Positions 1-11,296 of a stretch of DNA of 64,000 bases are shown piece by piece. The stretch comes from Hyphochytrium catenoides (Eukaryota; Protista; Hyphochytriomycota): contig FLMG01000549.1 in the NCBI GenBank assembly GCA_900088475.1, positions 62,001 through 126,000 on the forward strand, in the 5' to 3' direction. Position numbers and translations under genes: made by a program. The notes under the pieces were generated by a model. It saw nothing but the letters and a program-made list of their open reading frames with translations. It ran no database searches and had not been told where the DNA came from. Each line of letters starts with the position of its first letter. Position 1 is the stretch's first letter.

Positions 1-67
1 CAACGCTCGCTCGATTAAGTTAACGAACGGTTGGCACCCTTGTGAAAGCTACGTGATTCTGCAAGCA

Positions 68-1541
68 ATGGTACTTTCCGGTTTAAAGATCAAAAAGAAG
101 ACGATTCTGGATGCGGAGGGAAAGCCAGTGGAGGTAGCGGCGAAGGCAAAGCTCGTTAAGAGCAAGAGTCGGCTGAAAAGCGGGTAAGCACTTTGGTACG
201 ACGACATAAGCTACTAGAGCGTTAAAAATAGTGTCACTTGCTTAGCGGCAAGAAAAAGCTGAAAGCGAGGACAGTCAGACTGCAGAAGAAGAAGGAGACA
301 CAACTTGTGGAGGACGTAAAGAGCGCTCTAGTGCTCAGAGGCAATAAGACTTCCCAAACAATTAATGAAGTTCTCAAAGACCTGGTAAGCCAAGTCTCCG
401 GGGCCCTGTCTGCCACCTCATTTCTTGCGCAGTGCTGATCAATTTACCTGCAGAAGCTACTTAAGGCACCGGATGCGAAGATCTTGCAGAAGAAGAACGA
501 CATTCATGCATTTGAAGATGAGAATTCACTTGAGTTCCTAACGACTAAGAATGAATGCCCTCTCTTTCTTATCGGGAGCCACACGAAGAAGCGACCTGAC
601 AATCTGATAATGGTACGTGTGCATACGAGCCTACGCAAGTGCAGACGTCATGCATTCACTGACTGTTCACGCTTAGGGGCGCACGTACGATGGTCATATT
701 CTAGACATGATCGAGTTTGGAGTAGACAAGGCAGTTTCAATCGCAGAGCTGAAGGTATGTGACGGCCAACAAGTATCCCGAAAGAGCTGTGGTGCGCTGA
801 CGCTCCTGCCTAAAGGGCAAGACAAAGCAAGTGGGGTCCAAGCCATGCTTTATCTTCCAGGGAGATGATTGGGAGCGAGATGAGACCTTGAAGAAGGCCA
901 AGAACATGCTGTTAGGTACGTCATCGTCTGGCATTAAGCTGTCGTTCTAGCTGCAGCCATAGGACATGCTATCTTGGCCTTCTATGCCTTGCTTCGTTCG
1001 GGGCTTTTATACGTCTGCTGAGCCTCACGCCCAACTTGTTACCACATCCAATAGATTTTTTCCGGGGAACTGTTGTCAGCGCTATCAACCTCGCGGGCTT
1101 AGATCACGTCGTCTGTTGCACCTCCGCCAATAGCAAGATTCTTCTCCGGTGCTATGCTATTCATTTCAAAANNNNNNNNNNNNNNNNNNNNNNNNNNNNN
1201 NNNNNNNNNNNNNNNNNNNNNNNNNNNNNNNNNNNNNNNNNNNNNGAGGTTTGCTGCGACAGACTTGCTCAAGGAGGCTCTGCGAAAGCCAAAGGGGTAA
1301 GTCGGAGCTGGTGTGGAGTTCCGTTCACTGCCGACTTTCTTATATACTTTTCTGCAGCTTGGCACCGAAAAAAGTCAAGAACATCACTAGAGACGAGCTT
1401 TCTGGTGACAAGTTTGGTCGCATCCACATGGAGAAACAAGATCTGAGCACCATGCAAGTGAAACGAATGAAGGCTTTGCGAGCTTCAAAAGATAAGGAGG
1501 CGCAGAAAGGTAGTAAGGTCGCAGAAAGCACCGCAGACTAA
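68..1541 (+). CDS. RPF2: Ribosome production factor 2 (Brix domain), multi-exon; contains an assembly gap
   Basis: Spliced translation: MVLSGLKIKKK...VEDVKSALVLRGNKTS...KKNDIHAFEDENSLEFLTTKNECPLFLIGSHTKKRPDNLIMGRTYDGHILDMIEFGV...GSKPCFIFQGDDW...KNMLLDFFRG...LAGLDHVV...KVKNITRDELSGDKFGRIHMEKQDL; these are typical RPF2 motifs. Confidence 0.93.
1172..1245. other. Assembly gap (74 N) inside an RPF2 exon
   Basis: Run of N. Its length roughly fits the missing conserved RPF2 segment of ~24 aa. Confidence 0.99.
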
Positions 1542-1697
1542 CCGACCTATCATTATTTTGCCACTTAGCTCTATCGCTCATGTACACATACCAGCAATGT
1601 AAGTAATGAGAAGAAGCGTTATCTGAAACCAGCACTAGCTAGAAGGTCCACATTCTATTGTATATCTCTCGGTCCCGATGTTCGTTACAAGGTTACT

Positions 1698-3078
1698 TCA
1701 AGCCACTGGCTCCTCTGCCTGTTCTGGAGCATCAGGGGACTCTACTTTGCCACTCACTGGTGCATTAATGTCTGCTTGTGGCGAATCCTCGTTCTGCTGA
1801 TTGTTGGCAGGGAGTCCCTCATTTTGATTTTCAATGAAGTAACGCACGTCTGCCAAGATAAGAGTCTTTTCCTGGTCCGTGGTCAAACCGTACATTCTCT
1901 CGAGAACACTCAGCTGATAGCCCTTTAGTCAGTCATCATCCGTCATTTAACGCGGAGTACATAAGTCACCGTACCTTGGACTCCAGGGGCAGTCGATTGT
2001 AGAACTCAAGCCAAGGCTTTGGCATTTCAAAGCCCTCATAGTTGTGCAACGGCAACGCCTTCATCATCTCCTCTGGATAGCCATCTGGACAGCTTTTCAC
2101 TGTCAGAACGTAACCAGGATTGGACATAGATTCTAACGTACCGCCCTCAACGTTATTCCCTAGAAGGCCGCGGAACCGAAGGAAAACTTTCCGCCTTTCC
2201 GACGGGGAACTGTTATTCCAAAAGTAGACGAAGCTTCCTAGTCTGTCGCGGATATCTGCCCAGACTTTGTAAATAGGTTGCCATCCTCGAACTCATGCCC
2301 CCGTCATCAGTAGTGCCTCTGGTACTTACCATCCAGCTCACGGTAGAGGTTTATCCACGCATCCATACTGGCAATTGGGCGCTGGATACGAGCAAACAAG
2401 CGATTGTTTATCGGTGGCGCTTTCAAATACGACCAGTCCTGCCACCCAACGAGTATACCTTTTTCTCCAGTTCATTAGCAAGCCTTCGATTACGATTAAC
2501 GCTACCCATGACTGTCCTTGCTCGGGGATCAAGCTTCGCAACGTTTTCAAAAGAGCGCTGAGCATCCCTGAACTTCTCAAGCTTTTCCAAGCATAGGCCG
2601 CGACGGTAATGGCCCTGCCGCAACGCTTAGGAGGTTTTCCGTTACAACTCTGGCTGAGTTCGTACCTTACTCCAGCTCGGAGCGAGTTGTATGGCTTTAT
2701 CCGCATCCTAGACATAGGACCCCTTAGTTAAGCACTGCTTTAACTATGGAGTTCGTTCCGTATTACCTCCAAGGCTTGCTTGTAATCCTCCAGGCCAAGG
2801 CGGGCAGCAGAGCGATTCCCATAGAGAATCTGTGGAAAGCATCAATAATTGTAATGGACCAGCGCCTATGAAGAGTGACTCACATGATTCTCTGGATCCA
2901 GCGCCAGAGCCTCCGTGTAAAGGTTCTCCGCTTCGTCAAAGTCGTGACGGATAAAGGCCATTTTTCCTTTCATCTTCAAGTCGTCCACTGAATTCCCACG
3001 ACGTCAGTGATATGTCCACGCGCCTATAGCTTAAGACTTACCGCATGATTTCAAATCGTTTCCACTAGCATCGCTCAT
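1698..3078 (-). CDS. TPR-repeat protein (Hsp70/90 co-chaperone-type TPR) with an uncharacterised helical C-terminal domain, multi-exon
   Basis: MSDASGNDLKSC..LKMKGKMAFIRHDFDEAENLYTEALALDPENHILYGNRSAARLGLEDYKQALEDADKAIQLAPSWSKGHYRRGLCLEKLEKFRDAQRSF gives three TPRs; then IRDRLGSFVYFWNNSSPSERRKVFLRF...PKPWLEFYNRLPLESK...; canonical splice sites. Confidence 0.8.
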
Positions 3079-4180
3079 CTTTGCTACGCCTGCTTATCTG
3101 GATGCAACTCCTTAGCCAATCCCTTATCGGCAATTGCCAGATTAACCGATGTCTGTTACTGCTTCGCACACAGGAAGATCTTTCGACCCAGCAATAACTC
3201 GCAGTGCTGCTGGCTTTTGGTCCGGTGAAGGGGCAGCTCGAAGCGACGGATTACACTTGGGTCTCAGCGTCTCAGCTCGTGGTATGTGTCATGAACTCAG
3301 AGGCAAAGAGAGAGATGGTACGACTTGCATCCACCGGACAATGGGCAGGCAATCAAGAAGAGCGTGACCCAGAACGTCTCGGTGGGGTGGTTTGGCTGTC
3401 ACGAACAACTGTTTACAGCGCCCCAGTGTAACAAGTCAAAGCTTCACCCAGAACTGAAACGACGTTTTGAGACATCGGGTTGGCCTAGAATAAGTCACCC
3501 TCAGTACATTAGAGACGAGCTTTTCGAGAGGATCTGTCCGAAATTATTGAGACAAAAGTCAAGACCCACAGTTACGTTAGAGAAAGATTATCAAGACCTC
3601 AGTTCTGTTATTAGTAACCACTCCTTCATCTCCCATCTTGCCATCATTGGAAATTCTTCTCTCGAGGTCTTGAGCTTGGTTCTTGGTTCTTGGCCCAACA
3701 AGTAGAATCTACATTGTCGGAGCGATGATGGCGATGAAGGCGATGACAGGTCAGCTCGATTGCTGTTCTCTCGATGATTGCAGTGCGGAATGATAAAGGA
3801 GAGGTAAGTTAGTGAAGCTTGTGCAACAGCAAGCGGACACAGTCAACAAGGCCGAGGTCAGTTAGTCTGTTAATTTCTATCATCAGACAAACGTAGGAAA
3901 CATGACTTCCTGGTAGAGGACTCTACCCCGGGACAAGAATAGACTACCAGGTGAAGGATAGGGGCCGTGATCGGAGGGTCAGTGCCTTTGAGTAGTCGAG
4001 CTGGCATTGCGACGCTTGTCTCAGATCAGGGAGCCAGCAAAAGCTCCTAGATATTTTACTTCGCAAACGCTGGTTCCAACATCGCGGCGCACGTATAGCT
4101 GTATATGTGGGGTTTGGGAGGTGACTTTCTTGGCCTGTCTGACGTCCCAAAGTTTTATCTGAAGTCTGCTACAAGCACCC

Positions 4181-4929
4181 ATGGAGAAGAGTTCCGGAAA
4201 AGATGATGGCTCAGGCGGCAACTCAGCAGGGCTAGCAAGGGAGGAGCTGCCTGATGGAGAGCCCAGTACAGAATTGGGGTTTAAATACGGCTTCAAAGCC
4301 TGTGGCAATTGTAACCTCAAGCTGCCACTTGATGAGGAGGTAAGCGTACCTACAATGATGCTAATATCTGAATGCTTAAGAGTTATCTGGCCTCAGACAT
4401 GTCCAGATTGTGGCCAAGCACTGCACCTCCATTCGAGCGTCGCCAGATTATTAGAACAATTTTCAAGAGTAATGGCGCCGGAGCTGCAGATGGCTGTGGT
4501 TGCCGCCTCATCAGCGATGTCTTCTGAGGCCGCAGAAGAGTTTGTGGCAACAACTTTTAACATCATCGCAACAAAGATTGAGGAAGATCCGCTTGAATAC
4601 AACGTAGCCATAGTGAGAGGGAAGGAAGGGCTAGGGCTTAAGGTGAGCATGGTTGCTCCAGCATCAAGGTCGTAACCCCTTCATTATAGTCTCATGCGTC
4701 TCGCTTCATACAGCTCGGGGTACAGAAGAACTCTCGAGTCGTTGTCCTCAGCTTCAAGGAGAGCTGTGTCGGCATCAGTCCTGCCCAGAAGAACCGCCTC
4801 ATATGTCCAGGACATGAGCTTTTGTCTGTAAATGGCAAGCGGATCGTTGGTGCAGCCTTTGAACAGGTTGTCACTGTCCTAGGTAAAGCAGAATCGCCGC
4901 TCTTCCTGCGGTTACGGCGACTGCCATAA
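4181..4929 (+). CDS. Small zinc-ribbon (CxxC...CxxC) + PDZ domain protein, 3 exons
   Basis: After removing intron 4340-4396: ACGNCNLKLPLDEETCPDCG. After the second intron: YNVAIVRGKEGLGLKLGVQKNSRVVVLSFK...SPAQKNRLICPGHELLSVNGKRIVGAAFEQVVTVLGKAESPLFLRLRR, a PDZ signature (GLGL loop, SPA, LLSVNG). Confidence 0.8.
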
Positions 4930-5039
4930 TCTCAGAGAGGATAATAAAGATAATATTTATGGGGCATCGTCCTAACTTATTTGCTGTGGGCCTAGGCTAT
5001 CCATAGGTATTCCACTCCTAGTAGTATTTGAACTAACAC

Positions 5040-8000
5040 TTATGATGCGGAGACCTCGTGGTATGCCCATGATAGCCAAGGCATCAGCGCCTCCAAATCT
5101 TCCTTCTCCACGGTGGCGCCACACCAAATCCTCAGTCCTGCAGGAGCATCACGGTATGCACCAATATCCAGTGCCACGCCTTCCTTTTCCAGTAGTGCCA
5201 CCATAGCCTTTACCTGACATTGATGGGGAAAAGTTAGCCGCTTTCCGACGCCTCGCTAGATACTAGCGAAGAACAAACACTTTGGACTAACAAATGGGAT
5301 AGAACAAACTAACCTTCTCAGGTGCCAGCTTCAAAGTCAAGCATACAGATGTGTTGGATCTCGTTGCCTGATCCTTCGCAAGGAAATCAATCCAGTCATT
5401 TTCCTGAACAAAGTTCTCCAGAACGCGGAAGTTAGCCTGACTGCGGCCAATCAGTCCATCCAAACCACCGATAGAGTCGGCCCATCGCAGTGCGTCAAGA
5501 TAGTCCTCCACACAGAGCATTGATGGGGTGTTGATCGTGCTGCCCTCAAAAATTGCACGGTCAACCTTGCCCTTTTTCACCATACGGAAGATCTTGGGAA
5601 GTGGTCTACAGGATCGATAGCAGATACAATGTAAGGGTTGGCCATGTCAATGGGTATACGATGGGGACGAGAAAAGGAAGAGAACGCGCAGATAAGAATG
5701 CAAATGAACGGCACCGGAAACATTGACAAAGCACATATTCCCTTTGCTCGTTAGGACACGCTCACGCTGTAAATCGATCAGTGTCTTTTCACTATCTCCT
5801 ACCTGGGTGGCGTGTAAGTCTCGAGTCTTTCAACCGCTTTAGGGGAGAGGATGAGCACTCCGTGTGCACCCTCTCCACCCAGAACCTTCTGCCAGCTGTA
5901 GGTGGTGACATCTACCTTAGGCCAGTCAATAGGCATAGCGAAAGCAGCGGAGGTTGCATCGTTGAAGGTCAGGCCTGTCCGATCCTCATGAATCCAGTCT
6001 GCGTTGGGAACCTTTACGCCACTGGTGGTACCGTTCCAGGTGAAGATGATATCGTGGTCCTTGTTGGTCTTCTCAAACGCGGGAAGCTCACCATAGTCCG
6101 CCTCAAGCTTGGTGACGTTCTCTAGTTTAAGCTGCGTAGAGATGTCTCCGAACCAGCCCTTTCCAAAGCTTTCCCAGTAGCAAACGTCGACAGGCTTGGC
6201 ACCAAGCATAGACCACATCGCCATCTCGAAAGCCCCAGTGTCCGAAGCCGGGACAATACCGAGAAGATAGTCCTACACATGTTGGAGACGCAACAGGATA
6301 ACAGATGGAACCAGTGAGAGGATCTCTCAAGAAAATTCGCAGTAGTTAATACGGCAACTAGACGTAGGCTTTCCAAATTTGCAGAGCTCGAGGTAGATAG
6401 ACCGAGAAGTCCAGCAACAAAAGATGGAAAGGCGTAAATAGCTCCGCTAGAGTATCTGACCTTAGGTAGCCCGAGAATGCGTTTGCTTTCCTCGATTGCC
6501 AGCTTAAGTTGGGACTTTCCAAGCTTCGACCGATGTGAGCGGCCGAGGGTCCAGTCGTTGAGCTTAGCAAGACTGTAGCCTGGACGCTTTTTGCATGGTC
6601 CAGAGCTGAACTCGGGGTTTGCCGGTCGGACGGCAGGCTTGGGGTTGACGCTTACGTAAGCAGATGCCTGAAGAGGCACATTAGAGTGCAGGTTAGCCCA
6701 GGGTACGGGAAAGACGAGAGAATGACAACTGAAGCATGCTTACAGCGGTGCCCTTCTGGTCGTTAAAGGTGTCAAGGCCAAAGTTCGCTGGCAAACTCAT
6801 TAAATGGCAGGTTCTAGGGTTGTGCACAAATGGGAGGGAGCGGATCTCATCCAAAACGTCTTCTGGCACAGGGTCATCAAGCGTAATGACACCTAGCGCC
6901 TCTCCTCCAGCACCTATGAGAAGAAGTGAGACTCTGCCACTTCCAAAGGAAATTCCTTGAAGGTGGCACTGCTAAGACGGAACTGCTCGTAGTTCTTCAG
7001 CTTTGTGTACCTGTCCTGCCGAGCTCGAATGACTCAATGTTGATGCCTGCCTTGGCGAGGATAGAGGTGACCTCTCTCAACACTCCGGGCCTGTCATCGT
7101 TTCTGAAAAGGAGCATCTCGCCCTTTGGCTGGATGTCCGTCTGTATAAGAGTGGAGAACGATGGGGAACTGTTAACATACCTGGTGAGTCAGATTCTTGC
7201 AGCCACGACCATAAAAGTTATAGACGTAATAAATAAAGGTGAAAACCGCACATAGCTATGAGAAGGTCAAGTGCGTCACTTTCAGCCCCCATGTCCAGTG
7301 CTGATGGTCGCACGGGAGAAATTGGGCATACCTTAAAATTATCAATCTGAACCAGGCGAAGTTGATCCGTCCCGTAGATAGTGCCGGAGATTCTGGTTGT
7401 TCCCTTCTCAGTTTCGAATGCGATAGTCAGCTGGTTGCTATAGTTGGCGCCCTCAACGGTTGCCTTTCTCTGCTCCTCCACAGAAAGACCCATATCCTCT
7501 GCCAGAGAGAGGGCATTTACAAAGTTTACTTCTTCCTCTAGGAGGTTCGAAAGCACGCCCTTGACTACTGAGGTGGTCAGAACCTCGGACATCTCGGGCG
7601 CGGATATGCTTTTTCCCTATAATAAGATTGAGAGAAAGAGCGATGAGATGCAGGACTGAAAGAGCTCTCTTGCATACGTGGACAGGAGGAGCATGTTCTT
7701 CCAGCAAAAAGGGCCAGTTGATGGTGTTTTGCAGAGAGGACCCTAAGATATGTCGAGTTTCGCAGCTGGACAGGAGTGTGCCCACACTTGAACGTTATTA
7801 CCTCAGCGATAATATAGATTTTCTTCAGCTTCTCTCCCCCTAGTAGCTGCGCCTGCATGCTGCCTAGCTTCTCTGCTAGCTCGAGGTAGGGCATGAGCTT
7901 GCTCCTCTTGGCGAAGTCAATATTAGGAGCGTTAACAACACCAACAAACTCCTTCCCTTCCATGGCGTTGACGAATTGCTTGGCGATATCGTGCGCAACA

Positions 8001-9778
8001 CGGACTTGAGCGTCTTTGGTGGATGCACCTAGAGTGACATGTTACCAAGAATGGGGAGACCGAGAGAGAAGCAACTGGGAGAAAACATGGATGATTGAGG
8101 AAGAAGAGGAAAGATGTTCAAAGCACTAGAAGAGGAATCATTGTAGCCCTACTTACCCAGATGAGGTGTTGCAATGATCTTAGGGTGCTGAATAAGGTCG
8201 TAGGTATCATCTGTTGGTGGTTCCACGCGATAGACATCCAGAGCAGCACCCGCCACCTACATATTGTATGGACATCAGTTGCTGCAGATGGTCTATCTTC
8301 CTTGGCATTGGCAACAATCCAAGAAGCATCTATCCTTGACTGTTCATAGCAATAACAAAATATGATGTCTACCTTCCCACTGTTTAGACCTTCCAAAAGT
8401 GCTTCCTCATCAATGACGCCTCCTCTGGCACAGTTGATAATCCTTACTCCATCCTTGCACTTGGCAAGCGAGTCCTTGTTGATTAGGTTCTTTGTATCGG
8501 CACTATGATTAACAGCCTGTTTAGCTTCTTCTTTCGATACTTATGTCTCTCAAGAAGACTTCTAAAGCACTCACCTGAGCGGTACATGAAGACTGATAAT
8601 GTCACTCTGTGCGTAGAGCTCATCAAGGGTGACAGGGGTAATGTTCGACAACTTGGAAGCAGACTCTGAAAGGATCGGATCATAGCCAATGGTGGTCATG
8701 CCAAAGGATTGGCACCACCTCGCAACCTAATCACAAAGCCAGAAAAGATATTTAGTTGACAGTCAGCTTCAATTTCCTAATTTTCTCCCTTAGAGAATTC
8801 CCGCAATGCACCATCTTCCCATATGTTCGCAATCAGGACTTACCTCGCGACCAATTCTGCCCAGACCGACGATGCCAATAGTCTTCCCGCTAAGTTGTCT
8901 ACCCATGAAGCTCTTACGATCCCACTTGCCGGCCTATTACGCAGAGAAAGTTAGTATACACAAGAACGAAAAGGCCTCCAAGCTTAAGAGCTACCTTCAC
9001 ACTAGCATCTGCCTGTGGTATGTTTCTCATAAGAGACATCATAAGGGACATGGTGAGCTCGGCTGCGGACATTGTGTTGCCACCGGGCGTATTCATGACT
9101 ATGACTCCGCTAGTAGTGCAGGAACCAAATGAAAGAACAGGGAAACGACCAACGTAAGCTGCCTGTCCAACTCTCTGAATGAAAATCTCCATGTTGCCAC
9201 TTACTGCCTAGTCGCCGCAGCCACATCAATGTTATCTGTTCCTGTGCCTGCTCTACCAATAAGCTTCAGATTGGTACCTGCCTCGATGACGTCCTTCGTC
9301 ACCTGGGTACCACTACGAGTGGAAAGAGGTCAGGTTGAGACAAATAGAAGAGCCTACGTAAATTCCCTACCTTCTAACGATAAGACCGTCGTATTCCTTG
9401 ATCTCCTTAAGCAGATCCTTAGGGTCCTTGAAAGTCTTCTGCACCACATCATGGCCGTGGGCGCCAAGTACATCCACGCAGACCTATAAGCAGAGCATTA
9501 GTGCACTTGAAACAGCAAAAGTAGATGACATTGTTCCCCCTCGCATAGCTACGAAGGAGGAAAGTGCAACAACAAGGCTGAGAAGAATACACCTGGACTA
9601 TAAGTGAAATCGGGCAGCGGAAACGGCTACGGCACGGTACCTGGTCGATAGGATCTGAGCATAAAATCCTCGCCAGGGCTGCAGTAGAAGCATGAAACTG
9701 ACGTCCCTGCGAAACTCTCAAGCTCTGCTCAATGGACTTGAGGGACAAGCGTGAGGCTAATGAAGCCGTCTTCAACAT
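5040..9778 (-). CDS. serA-serC: Bifunctional D-3-phosphoglycerate dehydrogenase (type I, ASB+ACT) - phosphoserine aminotransferase fusion with mitochondrial-type presequence; ~16 exons
   Basis: PGDH motifs [45 protein letters not shown] motif NDDRPG...GINI. An open linker runs across phase-0 intron 6668-6743 into PSAT: [44 protein letters not shown] (PLP Lys), [26 protein letters not shown]. Stop TAA at 5042-5040. Confidence 0.92.
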
Positions 9779-11296
9779 GTTTTACTATTTACTGCGCTGA
9801 TTAAAGCAGCTGAGCGATGTATTCAATCAACGGTGTCTATTGACAGTCTCCGACCGCTGCCAACAGAGGATAAGAAGCTTCACAATCTATGGAGATGGGA
9901 ATTGAGAGGATGCCCTTGCTTTGCAGGCCCGATGGAGATAGAGGAAGCAACAGAGACAATGTTCTCTTCCCTTAGTCAAGCAGGTGGGCATCCGGAAGAA
10001 AAGCTTTGCTCTTTATAGAGGCATTATTAGGGAAGGGATTGAGCCTGAGAGCGTTCTAGTAGGTTAGATGAAGGTAACTTGCGGACCAGATAGGGAGAGA
10101 CAGAGATCTGAGAGATACCAAGAAGATTCACTTACTCCGTCTCTATGACAAGGATTTACCTTCAGTAGCGAAGACAGAGAGAGCCACAAATATCAGCAAA
10201 CTGAGGTAGAACACATATAAGGTTCGCATCTAAAGGAGAGGAAGGAGGGAAGCAGCATCACGAAGCAAAGTCCTCTCGCTCTTCTGATGCTCTCTTTGAA
10301 GAGGAAAGATATGAAAGCTACAGAAGGAAGCTTTCAGTTATACTTTCCGAGTGGAGGAGTCCACCCAGCCAGAGGCCTTACTCTTCAATATTCTGGTCAG
10401 ACCGGATAAACAGGCCCACCCATCTTCTTTGAAGCAACCAGCTTAATTGCCGAGAAAATACCCAATAGAAGCCTGAAAGCTTCAGAGCGTTTATTTGAAT
10501 GTTTCAAAGCTTTCCACACACAATCGGCCTACTCTATGAACCGATGGATCCTGCGAAAAGTACTTTTCCTGTTTCTCAGAGGGGAGGTCAGAGGTGGTTG
10601 GCTCTGGTAGCTTCAACATTTAGCGGGAGCAGAGCGTGTGCGGGATGAATCATCATCATCTCAGTCCCCCACACCGCCGAGGATGGGACGATGGGCCCAG
10701 CCATTTGCAGTACAAACCTTAGGCAAATCTAGGAAACTGATCGAGCCAGTTCTAGATCCCCTCCAGTACTGGACATAGGACCATAAACTGTGCCAGAAAG
10801 ATCGCACCAGGAAACACGCCCAGCCGTCGTAACCATGACCAAGATGACCAGCCCACTGCTCCCAGCTGAAGAGCTGATGGATCCTTGAGAACACAGAACT
10901 TCAGATCTTCCCCAGGAGTTGTATCGACGTATTCCGAACAAGCGCATTGACTATCCCTGATGATTTCTTTGAGAAGTGGCAATCATAGTGCTGATCGTGG
11001 CACAGAGCAAGAAGCTGAGGTTTCCTATTGCTGAACAACAGAAAGACCATAAAGAGGATCAACACCGATGCAGCGGCGTCAGAGAGTGGAGCCAAGACTG
11101 GAGAGAATGCAGCAGGCTCCAACTTGTTGAGCGCGGCTATCGTTCTACTTTTCATAAGGGGAAGCTGAGTGTTGAAGCTTCACAGTGAGGTATCTCCTGC
11201 AACGGCACCTACTTCTTTGTCAGCATAGTGAAGTGGCTACTGCTTTATCATCTTTATAAGCCCCAGGCCTTAGGCGCTCATAGGTCATCTTCCACA
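9779..11296. promoter_or_regulatory. Divergent intergenic region, putative bidirectional promoter of the two serine-pathway genes
   Basis: Lies between ATG 9778 (- strand) and ATG 11297 (+ strand). No credible intact gene inside. Promoter function is inferred from geometry only. Confidence 0.45.

Noticed and set aside
3149-3705. Overlapping + strand ORFs (72-126 aa)
   Set aside because: No recognisable motif, mostly non-ATG starts, and no exon chain; cannot be supported as a gene or transposon.
9833-11200. Short ORFs between the two PGDH genes as a possible third pathway gene (phosphoserine phosphatase)
   Set aside because: No HAD DxDxT motif or consistent spliced frame found; the frames I examined are interrupted by stops. 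At most an unidentifiable relic.
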